From a virus (lineage: Duplodnaviria > Caudoviricetes): a DNA stretch of 64,000 nucleotides. A model generated the notes under the pieces. It had not been told where the DNA came from. It saw nothing but the letters and a program-made list of their open reading frames with translations, and searched no databases. The translations under genes and the position numbers were made by a program. Location of the stretch: positions 219-64,218 of IMG/VR virus record IMGVR_UViG_3300025138_000037; one strand, given 5' to 3'. This document shows positions 36,907-47,163 of the stretch, piece after piece (position 1 is the stretch's first letter; every line of letters starts with the position of its first letter).

Positions 36907-37851
36907 ATGGATAACTTTTTATGGGTAGAGCGATATAGGCCTGCCAAGATTGACGAATGTATTCTTCCTGTTGAGATTAAGAATACATTTAAACAACTAC
37001 TATCTAAGGGTGAGATACCTAACTTATTGTTAAGTGGTACTGCTGGCACAGGCAAAACTACTGTAGCGAAAGCATTATGTACTGAATTAGGTTTAGATGT
37101 AATGATGATTAATGGTTCTGATGAAGGCCGTTCAATTGACATTGTAAGAAATCAAATTCGTAACTTTGCCAGTACAGTATCACTTAATCAAACAGGCAAA
37201 CCTAAAGTTGTAATTGTTGATGAAGCAGATTACATGAATGCTGAAAGTGTTCAACCTGCATTAAGAAACTTTATAGAAACGTTTAGTGGTAACTGTAGAT
37301 TTATATTTACATGTAATTACAAGAACAAAATTATACCTGCAATTCACAGTAGATGTACTGTAATTAATTTTACAATACAAAACAAAGACAAAGAAAAACT
37401 AGCAGGACAATTTCATACACGCCTTTCTAAAATACTTGACCAAGAAAACATTGAGTTTGACCCTAAGGTATTGGCAGAATTAATTATTAAATTCTATCCA
37501 GACTTTAGACGAACTATCAATGAACTACAGCGTTATAGTGTAAGTGGTAAGATTGATACTGGTATACTTGTATCTATTTCAGATATGAATATACAAGGTC
37601 TTAATACGGCGTTAAAGAAACGAAACTTTCCTGATATGAGAAAGTGGGTTGTTGATAATATAGATAAAGACCCTGCTGGTCTCTATAAAGAACTTTATGA
37701 TAACTTATACCGTGTATTAGAACCTAACACTATTCCTGCAATGGTCATTCTTTTGGCTGACTATCAATACAAGAATGCTTTTGTGGCGGATCCTGAATTA
37801 AACATGGTCGCTTGCCTGACAGAGATTATGGGTGAGTGTAAGTTTAAATGA
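36907..37851 (+). CDS. gp44: Clamp loader large subunit gp44
   Basis: LWVERYRP, GTAGTGKTT, DEAD, SRC. Confidence 0.96.
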   Translation: MDNFLWVERYRPAKIDECILPVEIKNTFKQLLSKGEIPNLLLSGTAGTGKTTVAKALCTELGLDVMMINGSDEGRSIDIVRNQIRNFASTVSLNQTGKPKVVIVDEADYMNAESVQPALRNFIETFSGNCRFIFTCNYKNKIIPAIHSRCTVINFTIQNKDKEKLAGQFHTRLSKILDQENIEFDPKVLAELIIKFYPDFRRTINELQRYSVSGKIDTGILVSISDMNIQGLNTALKKRNFPDMRKWVVDNIDKDPAGLYKELYDNLYRVLEPNTIPAMVILLADYQYKNAFVADPELNMVACLTEIMGECKFK

Positions 37852-38240
37852 ATGATTATAGTTTAACAAAGTACCTTACGGCCATTAATTGGTCAAAAGA
37901 AAAGTTACTAGATACTGACGATAAAGATTGGGAGAAAAAATACCCACCTTATATAATCAATAAAGGCCTATCTTATTTTTCAGATACCGTAATGTATGCT
38001 AATGAAATGAATAGATTACATGGCGCTTCTAAGCACATGCAATTCTCGTTTTTACTAAATACTATTAGACCTAAAAAAAGGTTTAGTAAGTGGCTAAAAG
38101 CGTCAAAACTTAGCAACCTAGACTTGGTTAAAGTTTATTACGGATATAGCAATGAAAAGGCTAAACAGGCACTTGAACTGCTTACGAAAAAACAGATTGA
38201 ATATATAAAGAATAAATTATATAGGGGTGGGAAAAAATGA
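37848..38240 (+). CDS. gp62: Clamp loader small subunit gp62
   Basis: YPPYIINKGLS, RPKKRFSKW, YYGYSNEKA. Confidence 0.92.
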   Translation: MNDYSLTKYLTAINWSKEKLLDTDDKDWEKKYPPYIINKGLSYFSDTVMYANEMNRLHGASKHMQFSFLLNTIRPKKRFSKWLKASKLSNLDLVKVYYGYSNEKAKQALELLTKKQIEYIKNKLYRGGKK

Positions 38241-38686
38241 GTGAAAATATAGAATGGAAGCCAGAGCATATGCTCGAGGTTCGTCTAAAAGAACCTGATG
38301 ACTTTCTGAAGATAAGAGAAACACTTACAAGAATTGGTGTAGCAAGTCGTAAAGAACGTAAGATATACCAATCATGCCACATACTACATAAACAAGGTAG
38401 GTATTTTATTGTCCATTTCAAAGAACTGTTTGCCCTAGACGGCAAGCAAAGTAATATTTCCGCTAATGATGTTGAACGTAGAAATACAATATCACAGTTA
38501 TTAGCAGATTGGGGATTAATTGAGTTGATTAGTCCTGTTGAAACCAAGGCACCATTATCACAAATAAAAGTTTTACCTTTTAAAGAGAAAAGCGAATGGA
38601 TACTGGAACCTAAATATAATATTGGAAAGAAACCTGAAAATGACACCAGACCCACAGAACAAACTAATACTACTACAAGCGCTTAA
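38237..38686 (+). CDS. regA: Translational repressor RegA
   Basis: PDDFLKIRETLTRIGVAS, QSCHILHKQGRYFIVHFKELF. Confidence 0.96.
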   Translation: MSENIEWKPEHMLEVRLKEPDDFLKIRETLTRIGVASRKERKIYQSCHILHKQGRYFIVHFKELFALDGKQSNISANDVERRNTISQLLADWGLIELISPVETKAPLSQIKVLPFKEKSEWILEPKYNIGKKPENDTRPTEQTNTTTSA

Positions 38687-38861
38687 ATCTAGCGCTCAAG
38701 GCAATATAGATAAACATAAAGCAAATGTGGATATCTATCTACGAAATGCCATTGGCATTGGCGAGCATTCTGATATTGTGGAAACAATTGAAAAAGAAAT
38801 CGACCACATTGCCAAATACCAAGACCAACTTGATATAATTGAAAAATACTTTGATAATTAG
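38640..38861 (+). CDS. Conserved hypothetical protein
   Basis: G.IDKHKANVDIYL.N.IGIGEHSDI motif, typical of marine T4-like phages. Confidence 0.65.
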   Translation: MTPDPQNKLILLQALKSSAQGNIDKHKANVDIYLRNAIGIGEHSDIVETIEKEIDHIAKYQDQLDIIEKYFDN

Positions 38862-38863
38862 GC

Positions 38864-38892
38864 TTGACTTTTAGCACATTTTGTGTTATAAT
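38864..38892 (+). promoter_or_regulatory. Sigma70-type promoter TTGACT-N17-TATAAT for gp43
   Basis: GGCTTGACT...TGT TATAAT. Confidence 0.75.
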
Positions 38893-38902
38893 GTTATTTT
38901 AA

Positions 38903-41374
38903 ATGCAAGAATTTTATACAAACGTTTCACCTTACGGTGATGAATTATTGGTACGAGGTTTCACAGGCGGTAAAAGATTTACTGATAGACTTCGTTATGC
39001 ACCAAAACTATATCATCCGTACAAAGGTAAAACTACACACAAATCCTTAGATGGCACACCTCTTATAGCGAGAACTTGTAAGACAGTTAAAGAAGCAAGA
39101 ATACTCATTAAGAGATATGAAGACCACCCTAACTTTTTATATGGCACAGATAGATGGCAATATCAATACATGGCAGACTATTGGCCTGGCGAAATTGAAT
39201 ATGATAAAGAGAAATTAAGAATATACACAATTGATATTGAAGTTGAAAGTGAGTATGGTTTTCCACATGTAGATGACGCTGACGAGAAAATGATTTGTAT
39301 TACAATCAAAGACCAAATCAAAAAACAATTTCTTGTATGGGGTATGGCAGATTACAAAGTCTCTAAAGACAATGTAAGTTATGTAAAATGTAAAGATGAA
39401 AAAGATTTACTTATTAAGTTTCTAAAGTTTTGGCGTGAATATACACCTGATGTTGTTACAGGTTGGAATAGTAAATACTTTGATATGCCATATCTTATCA
39501 ATAGAACAAAGAAGGTATTAGGTGAACATGCTATCAAAAGATATTCACCTTGGGATATAGTTGATGAATCTACTGCCTATCACAATGGCAGACAAGTTAC
39601 ATTTTTTAGATTACTAGGCATTGCTCAACTTGACTATCTACAATTGTATGCCAAATTTACAATTAAGAACCAAGAACGATATACACTTGACCATATTGCC
39701 TTTGTTGAGTTAGGTGAGCAAAAAGATAAAAACCCATATGATACTTTCAAAGAATGGTATCAAAATGACATACAATCTTTTATTGATTACAATGTCATTG
39801 ACGTTGAACTTGTTGATAAACTAGAAGATAGATTACAACTGATTGAACTTGCATTAACAATGGCATATCATGCCAAAGCAAATTATGAAGATGTATTCTC
39901 ACAGGTTAGAATGTGGGATACAATTATCTTTAATGAATTGTTAAAAGATAATATTGTCGTACCAATGAGAAAGGTTGGTCGTATAGAAGCAAAAGAACTT
40001 GTAGGTGCATATGTAAAAGAACCTAAGACAGGTTTCCATGAATGGGTTGTCTCTTTTGATTTGAACTCACTATATCCTCATTTGATTATGCAATACAACA
40101 TATCACCTGAAACAATACTAGAAGGCCAAAAAGATATTACCATAGATAAACTTATTAGCAAAGAAATTGATACAACAGACGGTCATTGTTTGGCTGCAAA
40201 TGGCACAATGTATAAATCAGATAAACAAGGTATGTTGCCACGAATTATACAAAAAGAATATAATGCTCGTACAATTTTTAAAAAGAAAATGTTAGAAGCA
40301 GAACAAATGTATGCCAACACAAAAGATAAGAAGTATGAAAAACTGGCACGTAAGTATTACATAGTACAACACTCTAAAAAGATATCATTGAATAGTGCTT
40401 ACGGTGCAATTGGTAACAAATACTTTAGATACTATGACCACAGACAGGCAGAAGCAATCACCATGTCAGGTCAATTAAATATTAAGTGGATTGAGAAGAA
40501 ACTAAACGAATACTTTAACAAGTTATACAATACAAATGATGATTACATCATTGCTTCAGACACAGATTCCGTGTATATCAATATGGCGCCACTTGTAAAA
40601 ATGACTGGCGCAACAGACAAAGTAAAGATTGTAAAGGCACTTGACAAGTTTTGTAAAGAAAAGGTAGAACCATATATCGCCACAGTTTACAAAGAACTGG
40701 CTGACTATATGAATGTGTATCAACAAAAGATGGAAATGGCAAGAGAAGTTATTGCTGATAGAGGTATCTGGACGGCAAAGAAAAGATATATTTTGAATGT
40801 ACATAATAGTGAAGGTGTACAATATCCTGAACCTAAGTTAAAGATTATGGGTATAGAAGCAGTAAAGACATCAACGCCATTACCTTGTAGAGATAAGTTA
40901 AAAGAATGTTTTAAGATACTAATGAATGGTGATGAAAAAGAAATGAAAGAGTTTTGTGTAAATTTCAGACGTGAGTTTGAACTATTACCACCTGAAGACA
41001 TAGGTTTCCCTCGTAGTGTAAACAATGTAGAAAAGTATTCTGATACAACATCTATATACAAGAAAGGTACACCAATGCATGTCAAAGGTGCATTACTATA
41101 TAATCATCTATTGAAAACAAAAAAAGTATCACACAAACACCAAACAATATATGAAGGTGATAAAGGTAAGTTTGTCCATCTAAGAAAGAATCCTTGGAAT
41201 GCCAATGTCATTACGTTCATTGGTAGTTTGCCAACAGAATTTGATATGCACAAACTCATTGACTATGAACAACAATTTACTAAATCATTTATGGATCCTC
41301 TACGATTTATATTAGAAGCAATAAACTGGAAAGTGGATGCAAGTGATAGTAATACAATTGAGGATTTCTTTTGA
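38903..41374 (+). CDS. gp43: DNA polymerase gp43 (family B)
   Basis: Exo DIE, GWNS..FD, YN..D; Pol SFDLNSLYP, K...NSAYG, DTDS, KKRY. Confidence 0.98.
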   Translation: MQEFYTNVSPYGDELLVRGFTGGKRFTDRLRYAPKLYHPYKGKTTHKSLDGTPLIARTCKTVKEARILIKRYEDHPNFLYGTDRWQYQYMADYWPGEIEYDKEKLRIYTIDIEVESEYGFPHVDDADEKMICITIKDQIKKQFLVWGMADYKVSKDNVSYVKCKDEKDLLIKFLKFWREYTPDVVTGWNSKYFDMPYLINRTKKVLGEHAIKRYSPWDIVDESTAYHNGRQVTFFRLLGIAQLDYLQLYAKFTIKNQERYTLDHIAFVELGEQKDKNPYDTFKEWYQNDIQSFIDYNVIDVELVDKLEDRLQLIELALTMAYHAKANYEDVFSQVRMWDTIIFNELLKDNIVVPMRKVGRIEAKELVGAYVKEPKTGFHEWVVSFDLNSLYPHLIMQYNISPETILEGQKDITIDKLISKEIDTTDGHCLAANGTMYKSDKQGMLPRIIQKEYNARTIFKKKMLEAEQMYANTKDKKYEKLARKYYIVQHSKKISLNSAYGAIGNKYFRYYDHRQAEAITMSGQLNIKWIEKKLNEYFNKLYNTNDDYIIASDTDSVYINMAPLVKMTGATDKVKIVKALDKFCKEKVEPYIATVYKELADYMNVYQQKMEMAREVIADRGIWTAKKRYILNVHNSEGVQYPEPKLKIMGIEAVKTSTPLPCRDKLKECFKILMNGDEKEMKEFCVNFRREFELLPPEDIGFPRSVNNVEKYSDTTSIYKKGTPMHVKGALLYNHLLKTKKVSHKHQTIYEGDKGKFVHLRKNPWNANVITFIGSLPTEFDMHKLIDYEQQFTKSFMDPLRFILEAINWKVDASDSNTIEDFF

Positions 41375-41847
41375 TATCTAATCCAAGTTTAAGAAAAGCA
41401 AGAACTAACGGCATGTCATATGAAAAGAAATTTGAATTGTTTTGTAATTCAAAAGGTATTGGTAGTGTATATCACACTAGATGGTCAAGGAGTGGTACAG
41501 GTTCTTTTGATGATGATAACAAGATATTAGTAAAAGACTTTCCATATGAAAGTATCTACCCAGGTCGTATATGTAAAACAGAATTTGTGTTAATACTCAA
41601 CGATAGAAGAATAAGAATAGAGTTTAAATCTCAGGATATGCCAGGTTCAACTGATGAAAAAATACCATATCTTTTAGAAAATGTAAGACATAGTTTTCCT
41701 GAAGATGAAGTAATACTTGGTATTATAGGACAAGGATGGCGACCAGGTATAAAAGAATATGTAAATAAACAAAAATTTAAGAATAAAAAAGTTTTAATTT
41801 TTTATGATTATGATAAACTAGAGGAATATGTGAGTACAATTGTATGA
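41371..41847 (+). CDS. PD-(D/E)XK nuclease-like protein
   Basis: G..YE, KTEFVL...IRIEFKSQ..PGSTDEKIPY; TTG start overlapping the gp43 stop. Confidence 0.7.
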   Translation: MISNPSLRKARTNGMSYEKKFELFCNSKGIGSVYHTRWSRSGTGSFDDDNKILVKDFPYESIYPGRICKTEFVLILNDRRIRIEFKSQDMPGSTDEKIPYLLENVRHSFPEDEVILGIIGQGWRPGIKEYVNKQKFKNKKVLIFYDYDKLEEYVSTIV

Positions 41848-42974
41848 TATTAAATGACCAAGACAGTACCTGGGCAATGAATTACTTTATTGAATACTTT
41901 GGCCAATTTGAAAGAATTGACCAGTATCTTAAAGAACAAAAACTAGAGCAAGTTAAATCTTTTCCATTTCAGTTACCTGGTATGGCAGATGAAGATGATT
42001 TCTTTTCTACATTTGATATACACCCACATGATATGAAATTTAGTGTGACGATACCTAATGGTCAGATATTTGACCGTATGTTAAACAAGACATCTAGTCA
42101 TACAAACATGTCATCTATACCTGGTAAGTCAATACGTTTATTAGTAACAGAAACAACGACCAATACTATTGTAGGTTTTATAAGACTAGGTAGTCCAGTT
42201 ATTAACAGTAAGCCACGAAATGATTTTTTAGGCAGACCACTGGCAACAACAGACTTAAAAGAAATGGGTCGTTTCAATGCGAGTGCCATTATGGGTTTTG
42301 TTATAGTACCTACACAACCTTTTGGTTATAACTATCTAGGTGGCAAACTATTAGCCGCCATATGTTGTAGTCATCATGTCCGTAATTTACTAAATAAAAA
42401 GTACGATACAAATATATGTTTGTTTGAAACAACTAGTTTATATGGTAGTAGTAAGTCCTCAAGTCAATATGATGGCATGAAACCGTATCTGAGATTTAAA
42501 GGATTAACAGATAGTAATTTTTTACCACTATTACATGGTGACGCCTTTAAACAAATGAACAAATGGTTTACAGAAAGAAATGAAAACACACCTTTAGTTG
42601 ACCCAGAAGCAAGTAGTAGAAAACTTAAAACTCAACAAAAGATGGTATCTGTTATAAAGGAATCATTAAAGAAACACAATTCAAACTTATATGAAAAGTT
42701 TGGTAAGTTTGTGAATAAGACTAGAGACTTAACAGAAAGAAAAAGATTTTACATATCTGATTATGGTTATGATAATGTACCACAATATATAAAAGGTGAA
42801 ACAGATACACTAAATAAAAGTGTACATCACTATGACAAGTTTGCCTTAGAAAATACAATTAAGTGGTGGCAAAAAATTGCAGGTAAAAGATATGATAAAT
42901 TAAAGCAAGGTGCAACATTGAGAAATGAGTTAGAGATATGGCACCAAGATGCTGAAATACAAATCATAAGATAA
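41844..42974 (+). CDS. DUF4338 (DruA-like) protein, paralog B
   Basis: PGKSIRLLV.E..T..IVGFIRLGSP.IN.KPRN, IVPTQPFGYNYLGGKLLAAI, ETTSLYG...SQYDG. Confidence 0.8.
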   Translation: MILNDQDSTWAMNYFIEYFGQFERIDQYLKEQKLEQVKSFPFQLPGMADEDDFFSTFDIHPHDMKFSVTIPNGQIFDRMLNKTSSHTNMSSIPGKSIRLLVTETTTNTIVGFIRLGSPVINSKPRNDFLGRPLATTDLKEMGRFNASAIMGFVIVPTQPFGYNYLGGKLLAAICCSHHVRNLLNKKYDTNICLFETTSLYGSSKSSSQYDGMKPYLRFKGLTDSNFLPLLHGDAFKQMNKWFTERNENTPLVDPEASSRKLKTQQKMVSVIKESLKKHNSNLYEKFGKFVNKTRDLTERKRFYISDYGYDNVPQYIKGETDTLNKSVHHYDKFALENTIKWWQKIAGKRYDKLKQGATLRNELEIWHQDAEIQIIR

Positions 42975-42977
42975 GGC

Positions 42978-43005
42978 TTGACTTTTGAAAGGAGTATGAT
43001 ATAAT
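42978..43005 (+). promoter_or_regulatory. Sigma70-type promoter TTGACT-N16-TATAAT
   Basis: GGCTTGACT context upstream of uvsX. Confidence 0.55.
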
Positions 43006-43216
43006 GGAAGAGTTGATTAAAACAATAGACAAACAAAATATAACAGTTGATGATTATATGACCATGGTAAAGATAATACAAGCGTCTTTACAACGAGGAA
43101 GTATAAGAGCGGAAGAATGTACTACTGTTGGTACACTTTACGATAAACTAAAATTTATGATAGAGAAAACAAATAAGGAGAATGAGAATGCCAGACTTTC
43201 TGAAACAGATAATTAA
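43004..43216 (+). CDS. Hypothetical protein
   Basis: RBS AAGGAG; [16 protein letters not shown]. Confidence 0.6.
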   Translation: MEELIKTIDKQNITVDDYMTMVKIIQASLQRGSIRAEECTTVGTLYDKLKFMIEKTNKENENARLSETDN

Positions 43217-44210
43217 AGATACAGGAAACGAATACGCCAGTTTAGTAAGTGAAGGTGTTGAAGCAGGTGATGTAGATACATTTATTGATACAGGTTCTTA
43301 TATGTTTAATGCCTTACTATCAGGTAGTATTCATGGTGGTATTCCATCAAACAAAATTACTGCTGTTGCAGGTGAAAGTGCCACAGGTAAAACTTTCTTT
43401 GTATTAGGAATGTGTAAACATTTTTTAGATAATAATCCTGATGCTGGTGTTATTTACTTTGAAAGTGAAAGTGCATTAACAAAAAAATTAATTGAAGATA
43501 GAGGTATTGATAGCACTAGAATGGTTATTATGCCAGTCACTACCGTACAAGAATTTAGACATCAATCATTGTCCGTTGCAGAAAAGTATTTAGAACAAGC
43601 TGAAGGTGATAGAAAACCTTTATTGTTTGTATTAGATAGTTTAGGTATGTTATCTACAACAAAAGAAGTTGAAGATACTGCTGATGGTAAAGAAACAAGA
43701 GATATGACTAGAGCACAGGTACTCAAAGCGGCGTTTAGAGTTTTGACTTTAAAACTAGGCCGTGCAAAAGTGCCAATGGTTATTACAAATCACACTTATG
43801 ATGTAGTTGGCGCCTATATGCCAATGAAAGAAATGGGTGGTGGTAGTGGTCTTAAATATGCTGCCAGTACAATTGTTTATCTATCAAAGAAGAAAGACAA
43901 AGAAGGTACTGAGGTAGTAGGAAACATTATACATTGTAAGACACATAAATCCAGATTGTCAAAAGAGAACATGATGGTAGATGTACGATTACGATATGAT
44001 ACAGGTTTAGACAAATACTATGGCTTACTTGACTTAGCGACAAAGTATGGTATCTTCAAACAAGTATCAACAAGAATAGAGTTACCAGATGGTACGAAAC
44101 AATATGCTAAATCAATATACAGCGACCCAGAGAAATATTTCACAGACGATATACTAAAACAAATAGACGAAGCAGCACACAAAGAATATAGTTATGGTAA
44201 CGAAATATAG
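43188..44210 (+). CDS. uvsX: RecA-like recombinase UvsX
   Basis: [33 protein letters not shown]. Confidence 0.96.
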   Translation: MPDFLKQIIKDTGNEYASLVSEGVEAGDVDTFIDTGSYMFNALLSGSIHGGIPSNKITAVAGESATGKTFFVLGMCKHFLDNNPDAGVIYFESESALTKKLIEDRGIDSTRMVIMPVTTVQEFRHQSLSVAEKYLEQAEGDRKPLLFVLDSLGMLSTTKEVEDTADGKETRDMTRAQVLKAAFRVLTLKLGRAKVPMVITNHTYDVVGAYMPMKEMGGGSGLKYAASTIVYLSKKKDKEGTEVVGNIIHCKTHKSRLSKENMMVDVRLRYDTGLDKYYGLLDLATKYGIFKQVSTRIELPDGTKQYAKSIYSDPEKYFTDDILKQIDEAAHKEYSYGNEI

Positions 44211-44499
44211 TTATGCAGACAATCCTAAGAGTGAAGTTTCAGGCTTTCACATTATGGAAGGGACTTATGATGGTGTTGTATACACTTATGGTAAAGTCTC
44301 TTTTGTTGAAGACAAAGTAAGTGATAATCTAAGACTAAAGTTTGAGTATAACGTACATGAAAATCCCAATGAGGTGGATACAGATTGTAATGATTTTATA
44401 AATGTTATTGGTGACATTTTAGCAATTGAAGTAGAAAGGAATCCTAGTGGTAACAGCGGAGAGAATAGAGAGAACAGCACTAAAAAATTTAATACATAA
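44194..44499 (+). CDS. Hypothetical protein (T4 gp40 position)
   Basis: Lies between uvsX and gp41; [11 protein letters not shown]...L.FEY. Confidence 0.55.
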   Translation: MVTKYSYADNPKSEVSGFHIMEGTYDGVVYTYGKVSFVEDKVSDNLRLKFEYNVHENPNEVDTDCNDFINVIGDILAIEVERNPSGNSGENRENSTKKFNT

Positions 44500-45847
44500 C
44501 GAAGAATATATTCGTAAAGTATTACCTTTTTTAAAGGCAGAATATTTTGATGACAGAAACGAAAAGATAATCTTTTCTGAAATTGAAAAATTTATATCTC
44601 AATATAATAAACCACCTACAAAAGAAACACTACAGATTGATATAGGCAAACGTAAAGACCTAAACGAAAAAGAATATCAAAACATAGTTGATTTAATTTC
44701 TACACTTAACAAGGAAGAAATAGATTTAGAGTGGTTAGTTAATACTACAGAAAGATTTTGTAAAGACCGTGCAATTCATAATGCTGTTATGGAAGGTATT
44801 CACATCATTGATGGTAGAGATAAGAACCACACACCAGAAGCAATACCAGAAATATTGAAAGATGCTCTCGCTGTATCTTTTGATAATAATGTAGGGCATG
44901 ATTACCTTGCAGATATAGAAAAAAGATTTGACTTCTATCATAAGAAAGAAAACCGTATTGCTTTTGACTTAGATTATTTCAATAGAGCGACCAAAGGTGG
45001 TTTGCCCAACAAAACATTGAATGTTGCTCTTGCAGGTACAGGTGTAGGTAAAACTCTATTCATGTGCCATCAGGCCGCAGCCGCCTTAAATGATAACAAG
45101 AATGTATTGTATATCACTATGGAAATGGCAGAGGAAAGAATTGCTGAACGTATAGACGCCAACTTACTAGGTGTATCTATGGAAGATTTACATATGCTAA
45201 ACAAAAAAATGTTTAGTGATAAAGTAACACAGTTACAAAGTAAAACAACAGGTACAGTTATCATCAAAGAATATCCAACCGCAGGTGCAGGTGCAAATCA
45301 TTATAGAGCATTAGTCAATGAGTTGGCATTAAAGAAAAGTTTTAAACCAGATATTATATTCATAGACTATATCAATATCTGTGCAAGTAGTAGATTTAAG
45401 GCAGGTGCAAATGTAAATAGTTATACTTACATTAAAGCAATTGCAGAGGAATTAAGAGGATTGGCCGTAGAGTTAGATGTGCCAATTGTAACGGCAACAC
45501 AAACCACGAGAACTGGTTTTGTCTCCACAGATATAGGTTTAGAAGACACATCTGAAAGTTTTGGATTACCAGCGACAGCAGACTTTATGTTTGCTTTGAT
45601 TAGTAGTGAAGAATTAGAGAAGGCAGGTCAAATGCTTGTCAAACAATTAAAAAACAGATACAATGACCCAACAATGAACCGTAAGTTTATTATAGGTGTT
45701 GATAGAAGTAGAATGAAATTGTTTGATATAGAACAGTCCGCACAGAACCTAATACAACCAGAACAGGAGAAATATGTCGAACACAACATCAAAAACGAAG
45801 AAACCACGGAAGAAAAGTACAAGAAGTTCCAGAACATCCAATTCTAA
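44447..45847 (+). CDS. gp41: Replicative DNA helicase gp41
   Basis: AGTGVGKT, ITMEMAEE, IDYINI, ATQTTR, SESFGLPATAD, KQLKNRY. Confidence 0.97.
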   Translation: MVTAERIERTALKNLIHNEEYIRKVLPFLKAEYFDDRNEKIIFSEIEKFISQYNKPPTKETLQIDIGKRKDLNEKEYQNIVDLISTLNKEEIDLEWLVNTTERFCKDRAIHNAVMEGIHIIDGRDKNHTPEAIPEILKDALAVSFDNNVGHDYLADIEKRFDFYHKKENRIAFDLDYFNRATKGGLPNKTLNVALAGTGVGKTLFMCHQAAAALNDNKNVLYITMEMAEERIAERIDANLLGVSMEDLHMLNKKMFSDKVTQLQSKTTGTVIIKEYPTAGAGANHYRALVNELALKKSFKPDIIFIDYINICASSRFKAGANVNSYTYIKAIAEELRGLAVELDVPIVTATQTTRTGFVSTDIGLEDTSESFGLPATADFMFALISSEELEKAGQMLVKQLKNRYNDPTMNRKFIIGVDRSRMKLFDIEQSAQNLIQPEQEKYVEHNIKNEETTEEKYKKFQNIQF

Positions 45848-46034
45848 ATTGACATACACAGTAAAAACTGTTAAAAAACAAAAAGATATACAGTTTGAAG
45901 TATGGCAAGAGAAACCAAAGGGTAGATTAAAAACCTTTGATTTTAAAAAGGATGCTAAAGAACTTGCAGATTTCCACAATAATAATCAAGTGTGGAGTGT
46001 AAATGGTGGTATTCCTAACTTTCTACTTGACTAA
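45774..46034 (+). CDS. Hypothetical protein
   Basis: ORF overlapping the gp41 end; C-terminal GGIPNFL. Confidence 0.55.
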   Translation: MSNTTSKTKKPRKKSTRSSRTSNSKLTYTVKTVKKQKDIQFEVWQEKPKGRLKTFDFKKDAKELADFHNNNQVWSVNGGIPNFLLD

Positions 46035-46037
46035 ATA
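46030..46037 (+). promoter_or_regulatory. Late promoter-like ACTAAATA
   Basis: Start of the late gene block after gp41. Confidence 0.5.
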
Positions 46038-46104
46038 GTATTATTAGTATATAAGTGTATAATTAATAAACACTAAAGTTTATTATACACAATGGGAGTT
46101 ATGA

Positions 46105-47163
46105 ATGTTAAGTTTAAAAGGTCACAACCTATTATCTGAAGCACGAAGTCGTGGCGAAGAAATGGAAGAATTTATTATTGCCGCTGTAAATGGCAGTAAA
46201 GAACCTACGTCAAAGTACGGTATACCTGCCGGTGCAGGTAAGAACGTGGCAAAATTTCTCAAATCAAAAGGTATATCAGGCAAGGGTAAAGTCCTTGGTG
46301 CAGATACAATTACTGTAACACCAGAATGGTCATCTTATTGGCCTGGTGGTAGTGTGCCTGGTTCTACGAAAACACCTAAGACAGATTTTGTTATAGGTAA
46401 AAATAAGATATCATTAAAATCAGGAAGTGCGGCCCAACTAATGAGTGGTGGTCGTAATGAAAGTATTGCTACATTTTACACAGCGTTGAGTAGTGTTGAA
46501 GGTATGCAAAAGAAAATGATTGATAAACTCACAAAGATGTTTGAAGGTCTTGCGCCAGCCAGTGTTGCAGGTAGTGAGTTAGGTAAAGAAATCAAAAAAG
46601 GTAAAGATAAGGCAGTAATGCAAGCAAATGCCTCTCATAAAGAATTAATGGGTGAGTTAAAAGCAATCTTTGCTAAAAACAAACAGTTTGCCAATGCATT
46701 TGCTTACGAAGCAATGTCTGGTGATGTTAAGTTTGGCCGTAAGTCACTAGGTAGTTGTAGTCATTTTCTCACAACAAGTTTTGATGGCAAGAAAGCGGCA
46801 TTGAAAAAAGTATCAGATAAATCTTATGTTAATAAAATTGCAAACCAAATGAAAGTATCTGTACGTTTTAAATCATCTAGTCAAAAAGTAGGTGGTAAAA
46901 AAACTGGTAAATACAAATACTGGTCTGCTGTAGGACTGATTGTCGATAAACTGGAAGAAGAAATGAAACCTATTGAAGGACAAATACTACATGAAGGTAT
47001 TATGGACAAACTCAAAGGTATATACAATAGAATGAAAGATTTTGTTGTAAAAATATTCAAAGACATCATGGCCTATGTTTCAAAAGGATTTAAAAATCTT
47101 ATATCCTTTTTAGATGTAGAACCAGTTGTTGATGTTAAATCTGATGTAAAGATAGATGTATAG
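46105..47163 (+). CDS. Hypothetical protein with PD-(D/E)XK-like motif; candidate internal virion protein
   Basis: E..E...TPKTD...ISLK; N-terminal leader ending LLSE. Confidence 0.5.
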   Translation: MLSLKGHNLLSEARSRGEEMEEFIIAAVNGSKEPTSKYGIPAGAGKNVAKFLKSKGISGKGKVLGADTITVTPEWSSYWPGGSVPGSTKTPKTDFVIGKNKISLKSGSAAQLMSGGRNESIATFYTALSSVEGMQKKMIDKLTKMFEGLAPASVAGSELGKEIKKGKDKAVMQANASHKELMGELKAIFAKNKQFANAFAYEAMSGDVKFGRKSLGSCSHFLTTSFDGKKAALKKVSDKSYVNKIANQMKVSVRFKSSSQKVGGKKTGKYKYWSAVGLIVDKLEEEMKPIEGQILHEGIMDKLKGIYNRMKDFVVKIFKDIMAYVSKGFKNLISFLDVEPVVDVKSDVKIDV

